Assembly: GCA_002633005.1 (NCBI GenBank)
Contig: NMRA01000072.1
Coordinates: forward strand, 606,290 to 670,289
Length of the DNA stretch: 64,000 nucleotides
Direction of reading: 5' to 3'
Source: Phoronis australis
Taxonomy: Eukaryota; Animalia; Phoronida
The notes under the pieces are model-generated. The model did no database searches and was not told the DNA's origin. It saw only the letters and a list, made by a program, of their open reading frames with translations. The position numbers and the translations under genes are program-made. This document shows positions 13,001 through 25,064 of this stretch, piece by piece (the stretch's first letter is position 1; each line of letters starts with the position of its first letter).

Positions 13001-16000
13001 TCTAAAATATTTCATTTTCGTTTCGCACAACTTTAATTTTTTTTTCATAAAAATCATAAAAGTTATATTTTTGATAGACCTTCATGCAAAATTAGAACAC
13101 ATTAAAAATAATTCCTAAAAGAACACGCATAAATATAGATTATTACATGACGAAGTCGTTATCCCCCGTTATCTAGAGCCTGAGTGGATTTTGGAGAATT
13201 ATCGCCCGAGGGGCGTTAGCCCCGAGGGTGATAATTCTACAAAATCCACGAGGGCTCTAGATAAGGGGGATAACGACTGAGAACATGTAATAATCTATTT
13301 ATACCACATACTAAACGAGAAACATTGCAATGAATCGATCTACCTTTCTCGACTCGCCTCGGCTTTGTAACTACTTTCTATGTCAGAGGCCTGGGGTCGG
13401 AGGTCGTGACCTTTTAAGAAAAGCCGAGCTATTTTTGTCAAATAATGCTTATACTCAAAACCAATTGAAAACTTAAATATAATAGAAATAAACTGAATTT
13501 ATAAATTAAGGTTTACCAACTATTATAGCTTAAAACACGTTTTTGTCACGCTAAGCTTCGACCGGGAAATTATCGTCTGCTAAAGTAGGTTACCAATGGT
13601 AACTGAATATAATTCTCAAGTCAAAGATCCTGACGACACGATACCCGCATTCAAACTGGAGATCGGTGATTTACAAGTAAGAGGACATGAGAGAAAATTT
13701 TCACTGAATTAGGATATCATTTTTATGGAAATTATNNNNNNNNNNNNNNNNNNNNNNNNNNNNNNNNNNNNNNNNNNNNNNNNNNNNNNNNNNNNNNNNN
13801 NNNNNNNNNNNNNNNNNNNNNNNNNNNNNNNNNNNNNNNNNNNNNNNNNNNNNNNNNNNNNNNNNNNNNNNNNNTGGAGACAGTTTGAGATTCATAGATC
13901 CTTATAATTGAAAAAATGTTCATTGAAATTATAGACACATGGTGAACAGAGACACCTGGTGGCTGCCAAAAGTATTGTTCACAAGCTACTTTAATTTTTG
14001 ACAATGTTGGACAAGACAACTAGTTCTTGTCTGTCAATCATCTAAGTTCTTAACAGGTCCTCCTGGAGGCAATTTGTTTGCAAGTGTTGGATTAAAAATA
14101 ATTAAAAAATTATGGGTCATGGGTTAGAGAAATAAATGAAAAATATGGGCGGTGGGTACGAAATAAAAGTGCCTTCCCCCCCCTCCCATACAGATTTTGC
14201 TGGAACAGCCCTTAAATGACCCATCAACAGAGAAGCAAAAATGCTCAGAAGTCCTAACTTTTTTCATGTGAAGACTACATTTCTGCTCAGTAGTTGATTT
14301 TTGATAAAGTCCTGTAAAGATGTATAGTCTCATTAAATTGTGATGTGCAAATGAAGTACTAATTTACAAACAACCCGGGTCCTCCAGTCTGCCGGAAACT
14401 ACAGATCACAGTCTGAAATCAATCAGTTACAGTGTTCCCTTAGTCAAATTGTTGATTAGCACCGTAAACTGAAAAGCATTTCTGTGACACCAGTATGCAC
14501 TTCTTATTGTAACGTAACATCATGTTTGATACTCGTATGTGGAATAATACTAAGTATGAAATGTTTACTTCACGAAAATTAAAAAGAATAACTTAAATTT
14601 GAATGTTTTTTTATCAATTATTTGAAAAGCATATTCTAAAACACAGAAATCCTAGATCGGTAGAACTACAAGAACAGTGGACACTATGAGTCTATTTTTG
14701 CTGAGTAGTTTTTATTTACTCAAACATGTACTCAATACCTAGTCTGGGGGCATCTGCACCAGGTAAATAGTGTATGAATGGGGCTCATATAATCACACTG
14801 ATAATAATATTAATTTGCAAAGTTGCCTTTGAAGAATAAATGGTGAAAAAACAAGAATCGAGAATGTAACAAATGGAATGCAGAAACATGACAGGCCAAC
14901 TACTAAGCCTCAAGTAGGCCCACCTTCATATGTACTGACTACACGACACCCTCTCCGCGCTAGAATCTCGGCACTTGCTTCAGTACACCACTTGTGACCA
15001 TCCAAAAATCTGGAACAAAAGCAAGGCAATGAGTTATTCAATATCGATGACACCTGTAAAGGATTCACTAGAAGTACAGTACTATAAATCTATAGACACA
15101 CTACCACTAAAACAAGCTTACAGCATTTTTGCAACAAAATACATTAAGGTATCCACTTATAGACGATTTCTGAATGAGCCCTTCAGGCCTCAAAAAATGG
15201 TTTGTATGTCTGGCACAGGACACATACATGTGGTAAAAACTGGCATGATGTTATTGATTTATTTTCACGTTGAGATCATCATCATCATAAGAAAGCATTA
15301 TCAAGAATCCTTTCCTATGACACATGGAAAGTTGTCGGTACTTGATATATTTTAAAAAAAGTTTCCATATGTAGGGCTAGTTTTGCATAGACATCGGCCA
15401 CCTCAAGATTCCAGTAGTTTTTGTGCTGTAGATTTGTTTGATGACATTACAATTGGGGCTTATGCGTCATAGTACTCCTTCCTAAAGGAGTAGGTGCAAA
15501 ATGTGTAACAACACAGCCTCAACTGCGCTGTATGCCACAACAACAGGCATTAGGCATCACACCATGTCTGCAACTCCTGTATGCACGCACCCAGAGGGGG
15601 GGGGGGCTCAGGCGAAGTGGACAAAAAGGTTCGCCTCAGAGAAACCAAAACTGCCAAGAAAGTAGAAAACGCGACCAAAGTCCACTAAAAAGAAGGAACT
15701 ACCAAAAATCGGCAAATGCACAGTTCATAGCTCTGAAGGTATCCCGTGAATCTCAGTAAAAGGTCCACATTCTCAAAAATTCGAGCCCCCCATTTTTTAA
15801 ACTCAGTGTACACATGCTCCTTGAATAACACATTGCGTGGACACAACCAGGCTAATTAGTGTGATGTTATCTGGTTGTAATCAGTGAAAAGAGTGTGATT
15901 CTTTTCGACATAAATTACTGGACATTTACAAGTTGTCTGTCAGGTGACTGATTACCTGGAGAAAAGCTCGTCAAGCTCTTGTCTGCAATGTTAAAGTCTA

Positions 16001-19000
16001 TGGCAAAACTCAGGGAGACACGTAAGAGTTTCTTTACTCGAGGATGACCTATTTAAACCTTTTATTTGTTTTCATTTCAGATTTATCTGAAAGTGGATAG
16101 TCTGATCAGGCACCACTGTTTTTCAGTTATGTGTTTACAATGTACACAAATGACTTGCTCAAATTTCATCCATTTGCCCTGTATTTGGTCCAAGTAACAG
16201 ATGATAGCAGCACACATCATACAAAGGAGACTAAAAATACCATACACAAAACCAGCAATGGAAAATTTGAGCACAAAAAAATTCTTGTGCACACAAAGAT
16301 AACCAAATACAAATCATTTCTATGTAAATACCTAAATTAAAATTTAAACAATACCAACCGCTGTATTATTTCTTCCTTGGTGTATAACTTAATATCTTTA
16401 CTATTATAATAATTTTCGGCGTGCATGAAACTGTGTAACGACTTGGAGAGCCTCTTGCCAAACATAGCCTGCAAAATGACGAAATTATGATCATCACATA
16501 ATTTAGGGAGCACTTTTCGGGCACTGAAGCTATGCTTCAAATGCAGAAACTGTAAGAAAATATTATTGCTGCAGTTAGGAAGACAGTGCAGTATAGTGGA
16601 GAAGACTACAAACTCTCACTTGTAAGACTCCAGTTTGAAACCTGTGTTCAGTATCAGACTATGAGTATGCATTAGCTCAGCCAGTAGCCAGGATTAGGCA
16701 AGAAATGTTTTGAATTTCTAAAATCTTTTGGTGAACCTCTCAATATTGCGCAAAAATTGGTGCCCTTAATGAGCCAAAGAGTGTGCGACGCAACCAGTTT
16801 CCAATGCTTTATTGTTAAGAAATTCTGCAGTAGTTAAAGATAACGCTACAAGAGACAATGCTACAGTACGTTCAACTCAATGTACATGTAAATTCGACAT
16901 CAGGCATTGTTTGGAGACTGATTGGTGGATGGTGTTGAGATTATTGTCTCAGACAGCCACAGAGACAGGTTGTTCATCGAAGAATTTTTAATAGAAAATC
17001 ACCAGGCTCACTGTTCACTTTGTGCCAACCAGTCTTCGTTCGACCTTCAGCTGTGGTGACCAGTTGTTAGTACGCTTGTGCATTATGACTCAACTGCATT
17101 ACTATTTTAAAATTTATGTTTCAGCCTGTATGCTCAACTGAAGATGCTTTACAAAGAAAAGTTGATGTGGTTTACAGCTACGTTCTTTGTCCTAGTCGTT
17201 CTTTCAAAATTCGAAAGCACCACGTTGAATTTGCAGGTAATAATTTAATTTGTGAAACTCTTTTGAGTAAACAAGTAGAAAAGGATATAATCTAAGACTT
17301 GTAATTCTCATGCCAATGAAGTATCGCCAATAATCCTTTTACTTACACCAGGGAACACAAAAGGCATCAGATTGTCAAGCAACACCATCTTGTCAACACA
17401 TTCAGGGAACATAGCGGCAAACTGTCAACACAAAAGAACAAAAAAGTTAACTTTAGAGAATCAGGAAACCGTGTATGTATCAATATTTAATCGAGTGCAA
17501 CTAACTGAAATTGCTTTATAAAATCTACAAAATTTGGTGTTAAAAATAAGGAATTCAAAACACACTTTTAATACAAGAAGACTATGAGCTTGAAAGATGT
17601 TTTTCTATAGATCTACCATGTTGATGGAGGGTGTCACTTAAAGCAAGCTGAACACTTTACCAAAAAGCAGATCTGTGCTCCAAGACTGTGACCAATTAAG
17701 GTGAACTTGGTCCAACCCAGCTCTACAAATAGGGTAAATATATTGGTGATGATACACACATGGAACAAGAATAAATACATATTAGAGACTGTATTCAAAA
17801 TATAAAACCTAGTCCAAGTCACTGATTGCAGGTAAAGAAATGAACACCGTCTCGTCTATGTTTCAGAAAAGCATTGTGTACAAAAAAAACAAAAGGCTCA
17901 TTGAACAGATAAAGCATTAAAATTTTCCTTATCCACATCAGAAAAATGAAAAAAGTACAATATTCATTGTTGCCGTGATTATAAACAAGACCAACAAGGA
18001 GTGTTGAAATGCACCCACAAAAAAACAAAACTGCCATTACGAGACGCCACAGTAGTCAAAGTCATCAGAAAATCATTGTCAGACCTCTTCTTCATAGTAA
18101 GAACATACATGCCAATTTTCACCATTGTCCTTAGAGTGGTTTGGTTTATAGATAGGCGGACGCCAAAAAACAGATTCGAAACAGTAAAAACGACCACTAA
18201 GAGGCAAAAAACACCTCGAATCCATCCGAAAACGGGAGGAGAGCATTATCTTACTAATTGATGCCTATATGCCAAATTTTAAGAAAATCCGTTGAGGACC
18301 ATGGTAGATACAAAAACTAAAATTGACGCTAAGCGGCACATAGGTAGTCCATCTGAAAGGAACACATGTTCAAAATTTCATGAATATATATCAAAGGGTT
18401 TTGGAGATAGAGCAGCAGACATCGGACAGGGATGATGGCATAATATGTCTACATAAGAATATGTGGGTGCATAAAAAGCGCTCTCCAGAAATCACCATGC
18501 AGAGTACTAGGACTTCTCAGTGCCGCTGCAACAGCACAATCACTGCAGGTCATATTCATCTTGCATAGTGAGTTATGAGATTTATCACTACACCCACCAA
18601 TCAATGGTAAAGTCCTGTACCTGCACAATGTGTTTACAACATTGTCAGTGAGAGATCAAACAGACTCTCGACCTTATTCTAAGTTTTAAAGAAAAGTCTT
18701 CAAAGAAATAACTGCTTATTCTAAAGAAACGTTTCTGCAATATGGCCTCTGTATGTAAACTGGTCATTGTTGCTGTTTGTTATACTTATGCAAGTGATAA
18801 GTGGCCTAAATAAAAATTTTAATTCTTATTTAATGAAGTTTGTGTTCATCGCTGCTTTGATTATCACTAGCATAACCTATTCATCATCTTACCTTCTACA
18901 ACTCTTTTCACATCCACGACATAGTCTGTGAAGTAAAGAAGGACACCTGGTGGTCTGTGAGAAGAACAACCATGACCAGGTAGATCGATCGCAACAAAAT

Positions 19001-22000
19001 ACACATCTGAAATTGCAGTGGTAAACAACATGAAAACACTACAAGCCAGCTGATCAAAACAACACTACAGCCCTTTTGGAAAAATAATAAAATGTGTGAA
19101 AACAGGACCCCTGAGAAAAGAACTAAGTTCACTTTCACATTAAGTCTCAAATTACTCAATTTCTATATTTAAATCATTACTTGGTGAAATGAAATCTCTC
19201 CAAGTATGTTGCTTTGTCATAAATTTCTTTTTTGTTTTTTGCTTGTTTCTTTGTTTGCACGCCACAGATCGCAATTCCTATCATATCAATGCGAAATTTA
19301 CACACGTGTCTCACGAATGGTTAAAACCGGACACAAGATGGTACTGTGGCGGCCATTTTTTACGTTTTTGATTTGTGGAGCTGCCGTTTCTAGTTGGATT
19401 TTCCCGATTTTTTTTCTGTGGATAGATCATTCCAAGTGCTATTACACATGTGTCATTTGTGTTTCTCTAGGCCTTACTGCTCTTGAGTTATTCGAGGGGG
19501 CAGTTATCCAATTAACTGAGTTTTTGTGACATCTTCGGCGGCCCCAGACGGATCTGTCTGAAATTTGGTATGTGGATAGATTTTTTCAAATGCTATCAGC
19601 ATTGTGAAAGTCGTTTCTTGCTATGACTTAACGTTCTGGCTCACAATATTTGAGATTTATTGCTCAGTTCTTTTGTTGGTATTCATAACTGTGCTCTGTT
19701 AACCCATCGTATTTGACCTAGAGATGGCACTTTCCATCTGATCAGCATGAAATTTACGTACAGTGTTTATTTAGTCAATAGCCCGACGTCATTTGTTCTT
19801 AGGCGAAATTGCATGTAAGATGGCGCTGTGATGCCATTTTTTATTATTTAATTATGTTTGCCGTTTTCAAATTTGGTTATCTAATACATTGATGTAATAA
19901 GCTTCAGTGTCATGGTTGTTGATGTTCTGGGTTTCGTAGTTGGTCTAACCTTTAAATTTTTATTTTATTTCCCCCAAGTTATTTAGCTCCTCAAATTGCT
20001 TCCATTTACTATTTCAGAGGCTTACTTCATCACTACAAACGCTCGAAATTTTGTAATTAAACGTTGTTGGTGATCGCTATAATGTACAGTTAACTAGTAC
20101 ACTAAAAAAATTTCATGAAAAATTCTGCATGGAAATTAAAGAAAATGAAATTTCACTTCTTGACCTTATTGTTTCCCACATTGAAGAATTTTTTACCAAA
20201 GAAAATACTGACACAAAAAGAACTCAAGTGGCACAAACGTAAAGTTCTATAAATACCAAGCGAATCTATTATAAAATTACACAGTAGTGGTAAATACTGG
20301 GATTTTCTATAGATAAGCCCACCCGATGAAATGCCCATGGGCATTTACTTAGAAAATTATGTTGAATGCCAATAGGCATTTATTTAGTGTTGCAATTTCT
20401 GGTGTCAAGTGTCCAGATAGTGGGGCGTTTATTCGGAAAATGTTCTCTTTAACGCCCACTTAGCGTCAACTTTTAGTCACAAATTCAATTTTGTGGAGCT
20501 TTTTTCATTTATAAAGACGAACAAAAAGTTGGCAAATTATGCATTTACTGGGTTAATTTTAAGTAAAAAATGTCAAAGCAGGAAACCTCTTAATCATGGT
20601 CCATGGATTGTGTATTCAGTTCATGTTGCATTTGCATAGCCAAAACTGTGACTTTCCATTTACACAATCCCCTTTTGGTATTACTAAAATGCATGAAAAT
20701 TTCATTGGCTTATCTACGGAAATTCCCAGTAACAGACAGTTAGCTCACATTGGTTCAACAAAAGTGCCATTATATATTAAGCAGTCTCCCTGATGTTATT
20801 TACCTGCAGGTAGAAATGGCACAAGTCCATCAAATGTGTTGGCATTATCTAGAAACCCATGTAAACCAAGCACAGGAGTGCCGCCCACCTTCCCCCACGC
20901 CTTGGCTGCGATATGTCCCCATGGTACAGGTATCTCAAGCTCTTGAATGTCCTGAATTATAGATGAACATAGCTGAAAATGCTTTAGCCAGATAAAGACT
21001 GACCATATCTCAGTAACGCGTAACTGAATAGAAAGAAATTCTACAATTTGGAAGAAGGAAAATTATAGTTTTCTTGATTAGAAATTGTCTCACACTTCTG
21101 AAACTCACAATGAAGGCTGCTCGAAATGGAAAAATCATGGAGTGGATGTGGTACTGTTTCATATCAATGTCAATGTACAACTTCAAGTTATCCTTGCAAA
21201 ATGAAAAGGGAATTCTCACCTAATGAGAATATAACTAAGACGACATTCAAATTTATGAGAAACAAACCTTACTATAGCGAGAATACAATGAAAATCTAGT
21301 GAGAATGCAGTGAGAATCTAACTAGATTCCACAGCGTTCTCACTCAATGACAATTTGTCTTCCTGCATAGCCTTTCTTAATATAAAATCTCACTGAGTAA
21401 GATTAATTCTCAAAGGGTGAGATTCTCACTGGAAGAGTTTATCATTAAGTGAGATTTGTGAACTGCGTACATTTTAGGAATTGAAATTATATGACAATTC
21501 AAAGCTGTTGGTAACCCAAATGTTTCTCAATTATCTGTGAGTTTATCTTGAAATTCGACAGAAGGTAATTACATGAACACGGCTTGATTAGGTGTTTGAA
21601 CTTTAATATTATTTTTAGCCCTGTGTTATACCATATATTTTAAGCTGGTTAGAAGCATTATTGTGAAGAGGGAAAGTATAGTAATTCAAATAAAAACTGT
21701 AGGTCTAAACTGTGTAGTGGGTGTATCATATATGATGCAACACAACAATACTATGATTCTTAACAACAATTCTAACACCTAATGCCCTAATGGAGAATAA
21801 AAAGGAAAATACTAAAACCTCAGCAGCCAGAACTGAATGGAAGCATCAGTTTATTAAATGGATAACTAAAACAATCAAAGCTCAGAATTAACAATCAATT
21901 CCAAAAGCACCAATTTCAGAGCCCAAAGTTTAAGAGTCCCAAAATTGAAGCACTGTCCCCCGCAAACTTTGAGTGTTCATAAAGAAATCGAAATTATCAA

Positions 22001-22630
22001 ATATGTTGCAAGAACATCTTCAAATTTTACGAGTGATTTTATAAATGCCAGGGCTGTCGATGCCTTGATTTTGGAGCCAAATATCCACCATGCAAAATAT
22101 TTTAAAATCTTGTGAATTTCCCCACATCAGGTTCAGCAATTAGGCTTCCAATCTCCTCACACACAAGAGTGAATGATCTGAAAATGTCTTTGAACTTTTC
22201 ATCTTTTGTCAAACTTGATTTTATGATGAAGGGTGATTGGGTTTCGTCAAATACCCAGACGCAAACATTGTCACTGAGGTCATTGTTTGCACTTGTGTGG
22301 TCATTACTGAACCATAGCGGCATAGCCTAGTTTAGCCCCTATTTATCGCAGTATCATACGACCGGCTGATTAAAGACGCCTGTGTTTTAGCCAAGGATTA
22401 GAAACAGATTCGGATCACAGGCACCTTTGATCAGCCCTCAACTATACACTAAATAAAGAGCTTTCTCTTTATTATACTTATAGTATATGGTCGAGGGCTA
22501 CTTAAAAGGTGCCTGTGATTCGGATTAACATCATTAACGATTAACAGCAATTTGACAGAAAAACAACAAACAGAACGGCGAAGGTCAGAGTGAAAGTTAC
22601 CATATGATTATCACAAGCCTGTTCTTCCAT
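10093..22630 (-). CDS. SERHL: serine hydrolase-like protein (SERHL/SERHL2/kraken family alpha/beta hydrolase)
   Basis: Minus-strand exons: 22630-22601 (MEEQACDNHM), 20951-20804 (IPVPWGHIAAKAWG...LHGFLDNANTFD), 19006-18893 (VAIDLPGHGCSSH), 17722-17661 (nucleophile motif GHSLG), 17421-17347 (FPECVDKMVLLD), 16468-16359, 15009-14924, 12082-12006, 11044-10945, 10203-10093 (DGNHHVHLNNPERV...SKL*). One short phase 1->0 exon between 14924 and 12082 was not found. Confidence 0.92.
11676..11855. mobile_element. MITE-like inverted-repeat element with an internal tandem duplication
   Basis: tggtaagttacctg / cgggtaacttacca termini; inner IR gtagatctaaattt / aaatttagacctac; cccagtcacctgactaccatgtga occurs twice. 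Confidence 0.55.
12176..12284. mobile_element. short MITE (PIF/Harbinger-like)
   Basis: TIRs ggggttcgtttcatgaaa / tttcatgaaacggagccc in a CCAGG context on both sides. Confidence 0.6.
12700..13125 (+). repeat. interspersed repeat shared with 31270-31630
   Basis: Collinear blocks ctacaaaactatagattttaactt, ttttctgaaagcaga and ttaaaaataattcc in both places. Confidence 0.6.
13129..13735. mobile_element. element headed by a ~170 bp fold-back palindrome (resembles CryptonV-type non-autonomous repeats; family tentative)
   Basis: Imperfect palindrome 13129-13302 centred on ggggc-GTTA-gcccc; the sequence continues to the assembly gap. Confidence 0.45.
13736..13874. other. assembly gap
   Basis: Run of N. 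Confidence 1.
18000..18477 (-). mobile_element. HINE-like element fragment in a SERHL intron, reverse orientation
   Basis: Reverse complement begins tttttatgcacccacatattcttatgtagacatattatgcc...ctgctctatctccaaaaccctttg, the same family head as 42720. Confidence 0.7.
22416..22517. mobile_element. 102-bp MITE with 8-bp TSD (hAT/P-like)
   Basis: TIRs CACAGGCACCTTT / AAAGGTGCCTGTG flanked by identical ATTCGGAT at 22408-22415 and 22518-22525. Confidence 0.85.
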
Positions 22631-25064
22631 TGCAACGAATTTTGATGCTCTTTAGACGAACAGACTTTCTAGAGCGTGTGAACCGCAGAACATCTCAGAA
22701 TACGCAGAGGATCGACCATCCCAAGACTGAACTTTGTACTAGCTGCATGACCTTGAACTTGAAAGTATCGCCATCTTCTGGTAGCTATATATATTATTAT
22801 TTTCTGCGTTCGGACGACACCCTTTATGCAACAATCCATATAAAATGTTGTTAACAAGCTTTTGGCTATGCATATTTCGTAAGTAAACATAATGTTTGCC
22901 AGAGAGGTCAAATAGTACATTTAAAGTTACTGTGCACATTGTTGATGGTCCTACATGAAACCCATGACCTACCTCTTCACTATTGGAGATCGTTTTAGTC
23001 GTCCACCTACCGCCAAATCCAAATTCATTAATTCATTTGGCAAGTGAATACTGCTGAAGACGTTATCAATGACTACCAGGTTTAGAGTATGTTCGAGAGA
23101 TCACTCTATACGTGTTGTCATGGAATTGTGTATCTCACAATTGCAACCCTAGATTAACACTCAATGACGCTGACCCGACACTGTTCCGAGTGATTCAGCC
23201 GAGCAAGGGCCACGGCCATTTGATGCCTCTTAGAAATTAGAGTCTTAACCAGTCGGTGAATGAGCAGTTTCCTTTCTTTGTTTCTGTGTGCGGCTGAGGT
23301 ATCTTCTTAAACAGCGATATGACAGCTATACTGAATTGTAGAATGAATACAGTTCGAAGAGACTGAACATCGCACCTGGACTTTATATGTCGTGTCAGTG
23401 GCAGCCTAGCCCTTAAACTAGGCCTAACATTTTTTCATTTTGTGATGTCTGCCTCCCACATTTTTCAATTTGTAATATCTGCCCCCCCCCCAAAAAAAAA
23501 AGGACACACACAAAAGTACACGCCCCATGATTAGCTCAGCATAATAAATACCTACTGTTGGCGCAGCTATATGCCAGAAGCTTTTTGGCGAATTATGCCT
23601 TGCAGTGACTAAAACATCAAAGTCAGGTTGTTAGAGATACCTTTTGCGCATAGAGGGACACCTGAGGAGGTCGTCTATGTATTTAATTCCTTCTACCTCG
23701 AATAAATACTCTCATTATCAAACTTTTTCTTCGAGCAGTCCATCTATCAGTTCCTAATATCGGTAACTCGTGATTTTTAACACTGCGCCTGGCAGGTGGC
23801 ATGACGTATATATCCCCTAGCGTGTGTTCTGGGTCCACCACCATCAGGCATGTAGCCTCTCCATTCACCACTTGGAAGTCTTACACACATTACGGGGGGA
23901 GGGGGGGNCTTGTGGGTCTTACTAGTATCTTAATTGGGTGCCCAATGTTGAAAAATCCACCTGTACCGAGATTCAAACCGGGTGTCTGCGGTGTTTGAGC
24001 CAACCATCCAAACCTTTTGGCTAAGAGACAATTAACTATTGGCAAGCAGTTTAGAGAAGCTTTATTTGGTGGTACATCATTCCCGGAAGTCACTTGATCC
24101 CTCATTCCTGCACATGCCTCGGGTAGGGTCAATGCTTCACTACAGTCTCTTCAGCCACATATATAAAATTAGTACGCTGAAAATAATACTTGTCTAAATT
24201 GCTTTCATTATTCAGCAGCTTCTTGTTGTGAGTGCTAATAATTTTTCAGAATATTTTGTCATGGTAGCTATGGCAAGGAGCTTGAACACAGAAAAGAATT
24301 AATTTGGTGCTACATATCTTTTAGGGAAAAAATGGAAATAAGGTTTCACTTGTCCACTATATTGTGTCTGAAATTAGTGAGATTTGTTTCAAAGCAAAGG
24401 TTTGCTGCCAGCATGGTATACGAATGCTAAACTAAGGTGTATGCTCATTGAAGACTGTTCTCTGTTCTTTTAAAGTGTCCAACCTGAACAGTTTCTCGTC
24501 AAATTTATTTTTGTATTAAAGTATGCATGTGTGATAAAAAATATGTTCATAAGTCATTTCTGGTTTTTGTGATCATTGTTGAATAAGATCCCTGTAAATT
24601 TGTCAATTGTGTAATTTGATCACCTTTTCAGGTGTGTTGAACCTGCAAATCAAGCAGCAAGTTGACTGGAAAGTTCGACAAGTATGATACATGACCTGCA
24701 TGACAGGTAAAGGTATATCGGGTTGCTGCAGTGATGAAGATGTAATATTCAAGAATGTCCATCAAATCATTGGCTTCAACAACTAATTAGCTGCATTTGA
24801 TTAGATGCCTCTACAGTTTGAAATATTGCCATTATAAAGTATTGGTGATTGTATCTACTAAAAAGCTCTGAAAGGTCAATTCTAGCTCTGAAATGTCATA
24901 TTCTCAATTCCCAGCCATGTCTTCGCATGTGATTCACAAGTTTTACATTAGTATCTGACATTTAATTGGTTCACTCTTGGACTATTCCTGACTGAATATC
25001 CAAAGGTATTTTCCCACAGTGCTTAGTAATAAGTTCATTTTCTACTTTTCCAGAAATTGTGACA
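22631..25064. promoter_or_regulatory. divergent (head-to-head) SERHL/DNA2 promoter and DNA2 5'UTR region
   Basis: Opposed start codons at 22630 (-) and 25065 (+). Candidate DNA2 non-coding exon 24632-24705 (ttttcag...cag|gtaaag) and a possible donor at ~23080. TSSs cannot be located from sequence. Confidence 0.45.

Noticed and set aside
15956-16048. Minus-strand AG...GT-bounded open segment as an extra SERHL exon
   Set aside because: The only open frame is phase-incompatible with the flanking exons, which already join correctly (16359->15009), and it has no family similarity.
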